Origin: Candidatus Saccharimonadota bacterium
GTDB lineage: Bacteria > Patescibacteriota > Gracilibacteria > Absconditabacterales > Absconditicoccaceae
Reading direction: 5' to 3'
DNA length: 32,000 bases
Assembly: GCA_030429145.1 (NCBI GenBank)
Contig: JAUIDC010000001.1
Location: forward strand, 900,001 to 932,000
Shown: positions 21,000 through 31,179 of the stretch, in pieces
Layout: every line of letters begins with the position of its first letter
Numbering within the stretch: position 1 is the first letter of the stretch
Notes under the pieces: generated by a model
What the model saw: only the letters and a program-made list of their open reading frames with translations
Databases searched by the model: none
What the model was told of the DNA's origin: nothing
Translations under genes and position numbers: made by a program

Positions 21000-23228
21000 C
21001 TATGATGTAGGTGGAACTACAAATCTGATGTTGTAGTAACGAATATTTTTGAGATATCCTCTCAGCCAAATAATATCTTCTCCAACGACGCCTGTCATGA
21101 TATCCTCTGCACTCTTATTGAGGATAAAGAATTTTCGATTTTCGTAGCCTATTTGAAAGTATGCTGCATTGTCATCAAGTGATATCCATAGCGACCACAA
21201 CGGTTTCCATGTTGTAGCAAGTTCTTTAATGAGTGCTGCAAAAAATGGATAGTACTCTTCAGCAATATTGAGCACATCTATAATATATATCTTAAGAAAG
21301 AGGTCCTCGGCAAGATAACTATGACCATTTTTTTCTGACTGCTCTCAGAGGTAGGTATAGTACAAGATAAAGCCAAAGAGTGTATCTTTCAGCGATGCTA
21401 AGATACCAAGGACACTATAGTCGCTATATTTTTGACGCCATTGGAGGTTGCTGGCCGCCACACGTTGTAAGAGCTCATGAAAGAGCCATGTATCTACCGT
21501 ATAAAGACTCTCTTTGAGATAGTCGTATTCCTCTTTCATGACGCTCCTCTCTACCGTTTCCATAAATGCCGGTATCGCTGGCACGCAGTCAGCAAGTGGC
21601 TGATAGAACTCATGTACTAAATTTTTTCCTCTCGAACGAAGCAGAGACGAAATGTCATCTCCGAAGTAGTCCTTAAAAAGACGAATAATTTGTTTGTTCT
21701 TTACATAGACCTTTGTGTCTCTTGGATTGATATCCTGAAAAAGCGTTGCGATAGCATGTGTATCAAACAGTTTTATAATAAACATATTTGAATAGACCTC
21801 ACGAAAGGTCGCACGAAACGGCAAATGAAACTTATCTTTTCCTGCACGAATATTTTCGAATGCATACTTATAGTAGAACACATTTTTACTGTAGTGATAG
21901 AGAAGTCCTCCATAATAGTAGAGTGCATCTTGCTTCGTTCCGGCAGGCAGTTCCTGGCAGACAAGCTGCATCAGCTCTTTCTTACAGAGTCTATGATAAA
22001 ATGTATCTCCTCTTGCTATCCGATATCCACCAACAAATGTCACATAGAAATTCATCATCCTTTCCATGATCTCTGCCTCTTTCCTCAGACGTTGCGGTAT
22101 CTGAATATTTTCGATATTGGTATGGTCTCCGATCGTTGACAGTAGCTCATCAAGCTCCTGCTCGTAGTCTTCTTTTTCACCAAGAGGCTCATTTTTCACT
22201 GTACGAATGACATACTTCTTTAGTGCATTGAAGTAGTGTTTTCTGAAATGAGTATAGTCGGTAATATAGAGCAAAAACTCATGCATTCTTTTATCTGATG
22301 AGAGGAAAGACCTCAGATAATCATCTACTTTTTCCTTATCAAATATCTCATGCACAAAAACTTCACTCACAGTGAATACATCATCTGTATCAAGCAAATA
22401 TCTCAAAAGAATATCAGCAGGTAATACTAAGTGCATAATTTTTCTCTCTATCGTAGAAAAGTCTGATGACCTTGTGTACTCTTCACTATTTTCAACTCGC
22501 TCTTGCACGAGTAGCTGAAAGTCACCCTTCTTGAGTTCATCGTAAAAAAGCCATCCGTAGAACTCTTTTTCAGACACCCCATATGGTTGGATACATTGAT
22601 TAACAGACTGATAGACATAGTAGAGCATGAAAAAGAGCTGTATATGCTTTAAGAGTTTTTGCCTCAGCACACTCATCTCACGTTCTCCAACTTTTATCCC
22701 TGCCTGATCAAGTACTACAGCATAAAATGAGAAGAAGAGCTCTATAAACCATGCATAGGTTTCCTTTTGTTCTCCCTCAGGAAACACCTTTAGCCTTGCC
22801 TGAAACAAGAAGGTCAAAAGATAGACGGTAAAAAGGAAGTAGAGAAAAAGCTGTGACTGTTTTTTCTCAAATGCATCTCTTGTGTAGATAGCACTTATCA
22901 GTGCAATATTGGTCGCAATGTTGGACGGAGAAAAAAATCTATAGCCATTGAAATTTGCACTCGCAGCATATCCATAATAAAAATCAACATCCTTCACTTT
23001 GATAGTTGGCGTCTCACCAAAGCCTATTTTCACCTCAAACGGATCGAGAGAAACATCAAAAAGATTTATCTTATAATTTTCTACTATCTTTCTATTCACT
23101 ACCGAAAAAAACTGCTTGGCATTGATAAACGACACAAACATGCTTGCAGGATTGATCGTCTGGTTGATAATCTCCTCTGGAAAGAGAGAGAGCAAGATAC
23201 GTTTAAAGAGCTGCATAGAGTAGCTCAT
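21000..23228 (-). CDS. 742-aa orphan protein, Tyr/Phe/Leu-rich and mostly helical, with no recognisable domain.
   Basis: Track ORFs 21345..23228 and 21000..21275 are in the same frame and are separated only by TGA at 21345 plus sense codons. ATG 23228..23226, TAG 21002..21000. It converges on the 449-aa membrane gene, with 3 nt between the stops. It has its own upstream region after the FKBP terminator. Confidence 0.65.
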
Positions 23229-23258
23229 AGATTAAAGAGTAAATATCCCCCAAGTTAT

Positions 23259-23288
23259 AAAAAAAAGGAGCCGCTTTGCAACAGCTCC
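23259..23288 (-). terminator. Rho-independent terminator downstream of the FKBP gene.
   Basis: Minus-sense GGAGC-(12-nt loop)-GCTCC (23288..23267) is followed by eight T (23266..23259). Confidence 0.55.
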
Positions 23289-23312
23289 CCCTTTGATAAG
23301 TTTATCTGATAA

Positions 23313-23879
23313 TTATTTTGCAACAATCTCCTTAAGAGTAATTTCAAATGTGAGCGTCTTACCTGCCATAGGCGAGTTGTAATCCATGATCACATTGTCT
23401 CCTTCTACAGCTTTCACTGTTGCGTATGAGCCTTGTGAAGTCTGGTAGGTCTGTCCTACTTCTGGAGTGATACCTGACTGTGAAAACTCTGTACCTGATA
23501 CAGCAACGATAAGATCCTCTCTTATCTCTCCATATGCCTGGTCAGGAAGAAGTGTCACTGTTTTACTTTCTCCTTCTTTCATACCAACGATAGCATCATC
23601 AAATCCTTGAATCATCTGTCCTCCTCCAATAGTAAACTCTAATGGAGCGTATGATCTCTGTGGCGAGAAAAGTGCATTATCTTTTGCTACTTGTTCAAGA
23701 CTTGTATCAAAAACTGTTCCGTCTTCAAATGTTCCTACGTAGTCTACTCTTACTGTATCTCCTTGTTGAGCTGTTTTTCACATTAACCCATTTCCTTTAC
23801 CAAATAAAATCCATGCGAGTGCCGCAATCACGATAAGCGCGATCACGATAATCAGTCCTTTTTTTGTATTTCCGTTCAT
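23313..23879 (-). CDS. FKBP-type peptidyl-prolyl cis-trans isomerase with an N-terminal membrane anchor, 188 aa.
   Basis: Track ORF 23313..23615 extends upstream through one TGA (23778) to ATG 23879..23877. N-terminal segment KKGLIIVIALIVIAALAWILF, followed by the FKBP signatures GDTVRVDYVGTFEDGTVFDTS, GGGQMIQGFDDAIVGMKEGE and MAGKTLTFEITL. Confidence 0.85.
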
Positions 23880-23943
23880 AAGGTATAGATAAAGAGTAAA
23901 ATCTTACTGTATGTGTACTTTTCTTGTCGTATTTTGCAAGAGT

Positions 23944-24423
23944 TTATGGGATACTCTCCCATTTTTGGCTAAAGAAACTCTTTCGAGATGCAAAAGGAGA
24001 AAGCGATGTTCAAGTGGATGCCACCTGGAGCTCTCCTGTCGCCTCTGCACCGGTTGCTGTCACTGCAATCTCTGCTTCAGACTGAGGAGACACATGCTCA
24101 AAAAGAACAAACTGCTCTCACTCAAGTAAAATCCCCTGCTGATGTGCCATGATTTTTTCTGCATAGGGAGAGCTATAGTATGCATTTTGTATCTCAAGAT
24201 ATTGCATATCTTTTTTTCTTTGGACTATCTTAGCTCTCACATCTGTGATGTTTTGCTGAATATTCGCATAGTTCAAATAGACCTTTACTGCTGTGATCAT
24301 CATGAAAATCATCAGAAAAAAGAGGCCATACTTTCGTTGGCTTGTCTTAATTCTCCGCTTTCTGCGGGGATTTTGCGGACTCATCGCAGCAGACGGACGC
24401 TGCTCTGTCACCAGTAAACCCAT
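23944..24423 (-). CDS. FtsB/DivIC-like septation protein, 159 aa.
   Basis: Basic N-terminus, single TM (LFFLMIFMMITAVKVYL), a coiled coil, then SPYAEKIMAHQQGILLEGEQFVLF, which resembles the ...yiEkiAReqLglvkpgE.vf end of septum-formation initiator proteins. It reads through TGA at 24118 and 24010. TAA at 23946..23944. Confidence 0.6.
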
Positions 24424-24476
24424 ACAAATAAAGCTAGTGAAAACCTTTCTGAAAACAATCCGTTTTTGCTATTTTA

Positions 24477-27281
24477 TTATAATCCACTTTGTCTTCGTAG
24501 CATAAGTAATATCCATCATCTCAATTCCTCCATAGACGGAGTTTCTATCTTTTTCATAATGTTTGCATTATACAAGGCCTGTAAATGCTGAGTAAACCAC
24601 CCCTCTCACGAAGTTTCATACAGTGAACCTCGTAATATTCTCGACAATATAGTACCAAACTCTGCTCTTGTCACTTTGTCAAACGGACGGAACTCTTGCA
24701 AAGGAGTTCAATCATTGGTGATACCCATAAGTCATAGCTTACAAGCCATTATGATGTCATCTTGTAAATCAAATGAGGCATCTTGCAGATCAATATAAGA
24801 TGTACATGCTTCTCTATTTGACAACGATTTATTTGTAAACTGCATCGCATAAGTAGCTATCATCTTTGCCAATTCCTCTCTGGTAATAGGATCATATAAT
24901 CTCGCTTCAGACTGTGGAGACAAAGTCGTAATCTTTTGATCATGAGCCCAATCATACGCAGCGCTTATTTCATCTTTTTCTTCATTTACGGTATTGTCTA
25001 CCACGGGCTCATCTATCACTGGATTTGGAACGACTGGCTTAGTTTGTCCACATATTCCATCAAAAAACGTTGGAGAGAAATCTCATGCAGGACAATAGTC
25101 ATACTTTAAAGATCCTCCACCTCCTCCTGCAAATGTTTGTGGAGCAAATTGAAGAATGCTCCATCCATAATTAGCAGAAACGAGTGCTCCACTTGTACTA
25201 TACATACTTACACGACTACTCATACTTGCACTCGTGTCATTTATGACTGTATCATACGTAAGAGTTAGTGGACTCTCTGCATAAGTCGCTATCAATCCAG
25301 TTAAAGTTGGCGTTGTCGCTCTATCTGTTGTTTTCATATGTACAGTGACACAGAGATTCTGATAAGCCGATCAACTTAATGCAGCCAATGATATCTGACT
25401 GTTTGAGGCAGAGGCGTTGTCGATAACACTATTACTATTACCCGTATAAAGGGCACAGTTCTGATCAGCTGATGGACGGACCGAATATGTTGCGCTCGTA
25501 TTTGTTGGAAGTGTTATATCTGTGAAGAGATTCTTCCACTTTGTAAATGAATCTGATCCAGTAAACAGCAGAGTGAAATTACCAAAAAGATTATTGTTTA
25601 ATGTAACATTACCCGAGACGAGCGTGTCGTAAATAGCTTGCGCGACTCTCCGATTTCCTGATGTCGTCAGATGTACTCCATCACCATAGTCGTATGCGGC
25701 ATCAAGATACCAAAGATTACCAGATACTGCATTTGCTCATGTATACTCGACTCCTATATACGGAGCGGCATCTACTACAACTGTCTTAGAATACTCTGCA
25801 GCAAGCTCAGTAACACTCTGATTTCGGTCATCTTTTGTTATATTTCGACCAGTTCCTCCTTCTGTCCAAGGCGTGAGAAGCAGGATAACTACCTTCTGTA
25901 TATTAGCAGCATTTTCTGTCACATTCAATATATGTCTTCGTCAACTCATATAATTTGCCTTTGATGTTCCTAGAGCAATATCGTTGAAGCCTATCGACAC
26001 AACAACCATCTTAGGGTTTATGTTGAGTACATCTCTCTCAAAACGTGAGACAACTGATGCAATAGTTTGTGATCCCATACCCATATTTTGAGTAGTCAGG
26101 CTAGAAAACTCACTGAAGAAGTGCTGAATGGTTCAAGTGATAAAGGTGCGTGGTAAGGTTTCGATAAACGAGTAGTGTGGCGGATGTCACGCAACTAATG
26201 ATGCTCCAATAAAAACTGAATCAGCCTGATCCATATAGACCTCTATCGGATATGTAGACGTTGTAAATGTTCAAGCGGTTGGCCATGGGAAATCGCTACC
26301 AGCACCTCAAGTGTTTGTGATAAAGTACATATTTTGGCCTCCCACTCCAGCCTCTACAGGAATATTAAGCTGTCAACCGTTGGTAGTCCATAGCATATGA
26401 AATCCATAATAGTCTCCTTCTTGTACTCCAGTAATAGGAGATGAAAGCACTATATCAGAAATGCTTCACGAATTTATATTGGGAATGAGATTTTCACTTT
26501 GTCAAACGAGGTCAAAATTTCCACCAGTATTCTGTCTTCGTATTTTAAAGTAGAATCCAGTTAAATTTGTTTTATGATCTACATAAAATCTTAATCTCTT
26601 GACTGTGCCATCCTGTCTAATTCTATAATAGTGTCCTGATTGGAAAAACTCTCTTGAGCTCACTCCTCCTCAACCAGAGTTTCCCGCACCTACGATAATA
26701 GGTTTAATAGGATTGGGTGCTACGTGAGAATAAATTGAAAGGGGATCGATCGTTACTCCACTTGAAAGATACACAACGTTATTACGAACTCCTCCCGTAA
26801 TGTTACTTCTATCTATAAGTTGAGCACTTCCTGACAGCAGCGATTTTTCCAATTTAAAATACTTAATAGCACAATCTCTTACTCCAGCCACACCTGTTGG
26901 AGTATATGTCCATGTCGCGCCAGTTTCATCATTGCTATAAGAAAGCGTATAGCCTGTAAGAAGATTTGCTTCAAGTGTTCATAATACATAACACATACCT
27001 GGAGCAATACTACCGGAGAGGACAAAATTGTTCCCTCATGTTGTTCCTTCATTCTGATAAGAAAGTTGATATCTTACTCTATCATTGGCTAACACCTTAC
27101 CAGTAGAACTGATAGTATCTACAGACCCACTCACTACTTGTGCTGTTTTCTGAAGAGTCAGATCTATAGTATGTATTGTCGTCCAGTTCCAAATTGCATG
27201 TGCTGGTAAAACATACAGTAAAGCAGAAAAAATTACCAGAGCCATACTTGAGAGCAATAGTTTTTTAGATGTAGATGTCAT
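24477..27281 (-). CDS. 934-aa secreted surface protein with an SGNH/GDSL-family hydrolase core and C-terminal SLH-like wall-binding repeats.
   Basis: Five track fragments (27036..27281, 26670..26891, 25737..25928, 25083..25337, 24732..25019) share one frame. Every intervening codon was read, giving 18 in-frame TGA and no TAA or TAG. Signal peptide KKLLLSSMALVIFSALLYVLPAHA. SGNH blocks I VFIGASLVAG, II NMGMGSQT, III VVVSIGFNDI and V DGVHLTTSGNRRVAQAI. C-terminal repeats YDWAHDQKITT...ITREELAKMIATYA and ...IIMACKLGLMGITNDGTPLQEFRPFDKVTRAEFGTILSRIL are SLH-like. Confidence 0.8.
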
Positions 27282-27394
27282 TATGTTGAGGTAAAAAACA
27301 ATAAAGAAATTTTTAACCTTTCTCTGCTGAGAATATGTAAAAGTAACATGAGATTACAAGTGAAAATAAACTTTAAAAAAGCGTTCTATTTTCG

Positions 27395-27422
27395 TTGCAA
27401 TTTTTCTACCAATTGATATACA
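27395..27422 (+). promoter_or_regulatory. Sigma70-like promoter for the pilin gene.
   Basis: TTGCAA (27395..27400), 16-nt spacer, TATACA (27417..27422), 10 nt upstream of the ATG at 27432. Confidence 0.45.
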
Positions 27423-27431
27423 ATCAGGCTC

Positions 27432-27983
27432 ATGTATGTATCGGAACAACATTATTTCACAAAAAAGTCATTTACGCTGATTGAGATGCTGATAGTCATC
27501 GTGATTATTGGTATTTTGGCGGCAGCGCTTGTGCCGAGACTGAGAGACGTGCAATGAAGAGCAAGAGATACTAAGAGGAAAGTGGATCTCAAAACAATAT
27601 ACAATGCTAATGAGATATATATCCTCGATAACGGCACTTATGCTCCTGTAGTCTGAGTACGAAGCTACTATAGTACTGGTTCTCAACCATGGATCCCTGG
27701 GCTCTCATGAATACTTACTAGTATTCCGACTGACCCAATTAATAATGGAATATATACCATAACAGGAAATTACGTATATAGATACGGAAATCTGTTGAGT
27801 TGATCTATCAACTCATATGATCTCACAACTGTATTAGAAAATCGCAATGACCCTCAGAACTGTCTCAGTCTAAACCGGACATACTTTTATCCGACAACGT
27901 GATGTCAATTTGCAGCAGCTGCATATAATTATCCACACCTATGGTACTCATACGAGTACTCACCTCATTCTGGTCGGTTCTAA
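27432..27983 (+). CDS. Type IV pilin or pseudopilin-like protein, 183 aa.
   Basis: Class-III signal and N-terminal helix MYVSEQHYFTKKS-FTLIEMLIVIVIIGILAAALVPRL. Four in-frame TGA. TAA at 27981..27983. Not present in the standard-code track. Confidence 0.85.
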
Positions 27984-28025
27984 AAATCCACTTGCAATTA
28001 TCAATGAATGGTATATTATGAGATT

Positions 28026-28051
28026 GTTCCCCGCAGAGGGAACGCTTTTTT
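28026..28051 (+). terminator. Rho-independent terminator after the pilin gene.
   Basis: GTTCCC-cgcaga-GGGAAC followed by GCTTTTTT. Confidence 0.65.
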
Positions 28052-28108
28052 AAACTAGGACATGTAAAAAAATAATTTTGTACTTTTAACTTCTTAATCA
28101 TAGAGAGA

Positions 28109-29143
28109 ATGCAATTAGATGGAAAGACCATTCAGGCCTCAATCATGCAGTTGATTGAAGATTACAAATTTGACCCATATCAGGTAATGGAAATTGTAAA
28201 ACTTGGTTTGAAGTCTGCATTTAAAAAAGATTATCTGCCAAATGAGAAAAAAGCACAAGTACAGGTAACGATTGATAAAGCGGGTAATATCCGTGTCTTT
28301 AGAGAGTATGAGGTAGTAAAAGAAGTTGAAGATGACAGTTTTGAGATGTCAGTAACTGATGCAAAGAAACACAGAAAGGACATCAAAGAAGGAGAGACTG
28401 TACTCATGGACATCACTCCAGAGAAGCTTGAGTTTTCACGTATCGCAGTACAGGCTGCAGCCCAGACTATTAAGCAATCTTTGAAAGGAATCGAAAGAGA
28501 AAGATTTTATGAGAAATTTCAAAATAAGCAGGGAGAGCTTCTGAGAGCAAAAGTACTGAGAGTCAACGGCGACAGTATCGTACTTGATGTTGACGGAACA
28601 ACTGTAGTACTTGGTCCTGAGGGTCAGATACCCGGAAGACTCTACCATCCAGGTGAAGAGATTTTTGTACTTCTTAGACAGATCTCAAAGGGAACTGGTG
28701 GAATTATCTTGGATATTACTCAGTCAAGCAATGACTTTATTGAAGCAATCCTGAGAAAGATTGTTCCAGAACTTGATGAAGGAAAAGTTGAAATTACAAG
28801 AATTGCAAGAGTACCAGGAAAGAGAACAAAGATGGTTGTTGCTGCATTAGATGATAAAATAGACCCAGTGGGTGTGTTTGTTGGTCAGCGTGCAGAAAGA
28901 ATCAATACTATCTTGACGCTTCTCGATGGTGAAAAGATCGACTTCATCGAACAGATTGAAGATGATGACATCAAACTGATAGCCGACTGCTTGAAGCCTG
29001 CTCGCATTGAGTCTATTGAGCTTAAAGGAAAGAAAGCTATCGTGACACTACCTGACGATCAGAAACCTCTTGCTATCGGAAAAGCAGCCTCTAATATCAA
29101 GCTAGCTGGACAGCTCACAGGCTATATGATCGAACTACGTTAA
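28109..29143 (+). CDS. nusA: Transcription termination/antitermination factor NusA, 344 aa.
   Basis: Intact ORF with no TGA. The N-terminal domain (IQASIMQLIEDYKFDPYQVMEIV), an S1-like segment (GELLRAKVLRVNGDSIVLDV) and KH-like segments (ARVPGKRTKMVVAALDDKIDPVGVFVGQRAERI, AIGKAASNIKLAGQLTGY) are in the canonical order. Confidence 0.9.
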   Translation: MQLDGKTIQASIMQLIEDYKFDPYQVMEIVKLGLKSAFKKDYLPNEKKAQVQVTIDKAGNIRVFREYEVVKEVEDDSFEMSVTDAKKHRKDIKEGETVLMDITPEKLEFSRIAVQAAAQTIKQSLKGIERERFYEKFQNKQGELLRAKVLRVNGDSIVLDVDGTTVVLGPEGQIPGRLYHPGEEIFVLLRQISKGTGGIILDITQSSNDFIEAILRKIVPELDEGKVEITRIARVPGKRTKMVVAALDDKIDPVGVFVGQRAERINTILTLLDGEKIDFIEQIEDDDIKLIADCLKPARIESIELKGKKAIVTLPDDQKPLAIGKAASNIKLAGQLTGYMIELR

Positions 29144-29172
29144 TCTCATATTTTAACTTATAAGTCATTGAT

Positions 29173-29829
29173 ATGCCTTCAGATATTCTCTGATATATAC
29201 TACTCGGAATAGTACTGATAGTGTCTATTGGCATTCATGAATTTGCTCATGCGCGAGCAGCAAATAAGCTCGGAGACCCTACTCCCCGCCTACAGTGAAG
29301 ACTCACACCAAATCCGTTAGCTCATATTGATCCTATAGGATTTATCATGATATTTATCATCGGATTTGGTTGGGGAAAGCCAGTGTATACCAATCCTGGG
29401 TACTTCCGCAATCCAGTCAGAGATGACTTTCTCGTTGCTATGGCGGGGCCAGCGAGCAACATCCTTATGTGTATCGCTGGTATGATTATCATGGGTGTGT
29501 ACGCTCTCGTGATTGGGATTAGCTCCCCATTGGAAATTTATGCGACCAATGATATTGTTATTCAGTTTTGGATATTATTTTGTCAGTTAAATATTGTGCT
29601 GGCTGTGTTCAATTTGATCCCTATTTTTCCACTCGATGGATATAGAATTATCAAAATTATCTCGCCTAGCGCAGGATATTGGATGGAAAAAAACGGGCAC
29701 ATCATGACTATTGTCGCACTCGTACTGATCCTTGGTGTAGGAAGAAACTTTATTGGCAATTATATTTTTGGAGCAACGGAGACGATTTTCAATTTCCTCT
29801 TTATGATCATGAGTCAGGTGTTCTTCTAA
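29173..29829 (+). CDS. Site-2 protease family (peptidase M50) membrane metalloprotease, 218 aa.
   Basis: ATG 29173, reading through TGA at 29191 and 29296 into track ORF 29347..29829. HEFAH zinc motif and the second S2P motif FNLIPIFPLDGYRI. Several TM helices. Confidence 0.85.
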
Positions 29830-29903
29830 AGAATATAAAATGTATAAAATTATCACATTAAAAATATTTGATTTTAAGAACTTTATACACTTTTGATTTT
29901 ACC

Positions 29904-30977
29904 ATGCTCGATAAGCTCTTGCAGATAGAACAAACCTATAAGGACATACAGGAACAGTTGATGGATCCTGATAATTTGTCGAATCAGGAAAAACTCATTG
30001 GTCTCAATAGAAAGTCTCAGAGCTTACAGGAGGCATATGATCTGTTTCAAAACTATAAAAAATATACTGCACAGAAGAAGGAGGCTGAAGAGATACTTGG
30101 TCAAGAAAGTGATAAAGATATGATAGAGATGGCTGAGGACCAGCTGCATGATGCGAATGAAAAGATCGAAGAACTTGAAGGCAAGCTGAAGATAGCGCTG
30201 CTGCCGAAAGACCCCAATGACGACAAGAATATTTTCCTCGAAATCAGACCGGCAGCAGGTGGCGATGAAGCCGGCCTTTTTGCAGCTGAACTGCTCAAAG
30301 CATATATGCTCTTTGCTCAGAAAAAAGGCCGAAAGAGCGAAGTGATCGAACAGGTATACAATGATGTCGGAGGCATCAAATTTGCTATGATTAAAATGTC
30401 GGGCGATCACGTCTACAGCCAGATGAAATTTGAATCTGGGGTGCATCGTGTACAAAGAATTCCTGCGACAGAGTCGCAGGGTCGTGTACACACATCGACT
30501 ATTACCGTTGCTATCATGCCAGAAGCCGAAGATGTTGAATTTCACATTGATCCAAATGATGTACAGATGGACACCTATGCTGCATCCTCAGCCGGTGGTC
30601 AAAATGCTAATAAAAACCAAACGGGTGTAAGACTCCACCATCTCCCAACAGGAATGATTGTTACCATCGGAGACAGTAAATCACAAATGCAAAATAAAGA
30701 AAAGGCTCGACAAGTACTAAAAGCAAGACTCTATCAAGCTGAACTTGATAAGAAAAATGAAGAAGAACGTGAAGCAAGAGGCGCTCAGATTGGAGGTGGA
30801 GACAGAAGTGAAAAGATAAGAACCTACAACTTTCCGCAAGACCGTGTAACTGATCATAGGATCAAAGAGTCACGAGGAAATCTCCCAGGCATCATGCTTG
30901 GTGAACTCGATGATATCATCTCAGCACTCATCCTCTACAATCAAACAGAGATGATGAAAGCAGAAAAGGAAGAGTAA
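29904..30977 (+). CDS. prfA: Peptide chain release factor 1, 357 aa.
   Basis: RF1 tripeptide motif in RVQRIPATESQGRVHTS. GGQ motif in SSAGGQNANKNQTGVRLHHLPTG. C-terminal GGGDRSEKIRTYNFPQDRVTDHRI. No TGA. The ATG at 29904 (MLDKLLQIEQ) is preferred over the track's TTG at 29868. Confidence 0.95.
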   Translation: MLDKLLQIEQTYKDIQEQLMDPDNLSNQEKLIGLNRKSQSLQEAYDLFQNYKKYTAQKKEAEEILGQESDKDMIEMAEDQLHDANEKIEELEGKLKIALLPKDPNDDKNIFLEIRPAAGGDEAGLFAAELLKAYMLFAQKKGRKSEVIEQVYNDVGGIKFAMIKMSGDHVYSQMKFESGVHRVQRIPATESQGRVHTSTITVAIMPEAEDVEFHIDPNDVQMDTYAASSAGGQNANKNQTGVRLHHLPTGMIVTIGDSKSQMQNKEKARQVLKARLYQAELDKKNEEEREARGAQIGGGDRSEKIRTYNFPQDRVTDHRIKESRGNLPGIMLGELDDIISALILYNQTEMMKAEKEE

Positions 30978-30988
30978 GTCGATTAGTA

Positions 30989-31016
30989 TTGAAAATAGAT
31001 CCAGATTTTCTATAAT
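30989..31016 (+). promoter_or_regulatory. Sigma70-like promoter in the prfA-murA spacer.
   Basis: TTGAAA (30989..30994), 16-nt spacer, TATAAT (31011..31016). Confidence 0.45.
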
Positions 31017-31084
31017 CACGGGCACAGGTAAACGTTCTCTATATATCATTCCGCTCTTCTCATGTGCGGATCATGCAGATCAGT

Positions 31085-31112
31085 CCCGGTATACTCCGGG
31101 GCTTTTTCTTTT
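31085..31112 (+). terminator. Rho-independent terminator or attenuator in the prfA-murA spacer.
   Basis: CCCGG-tatact-CCGGG followed by GCTTTTTCTTTT. It lies about 110 nt after the prfA stop, about 70 nt after the predicted promoter and about 70 nt before the murA ATG. Confidence 0.55.
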
Positions 31113-31179
31113 CTTGCAACCTCCTTTCAAATCACTACAAGTAGGAGGTATTCATTTTTGTATTAGCATAAACGCATAG

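Noticed and set aside
21275-21345. Two separate genes (21345..23228 and 21000..21275) split at the TGA at 21345.
   Set aside because: Both pieces are in the same frame and the codons between them are all sense. The downstream piece only has a GTG at its annotated start. TGA is demonstrably Gly elsewhere, so they are merged into one 742-aa ORF.
23797-24118. An apparent 83-nt overlap of the FtsB-like ORF with the FKBP gene after read-through of the TGA at 24118.
   Set aside because: On re-reading, an in-frame TAA occurs at 23946..23944, so the ORF ends there, 65 nt before the FKBP start. My first pass had misread this codon.
31143-31148. AGGAGG as the Shine-Dalgarno sequence of murA.
   Set aside because: It lies about 31 nt upstream of the ATG that gives the conserved MurA N-terminus, too far for an SD. 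It more likely forms the 3' arm of a helix with ACCTCCT.
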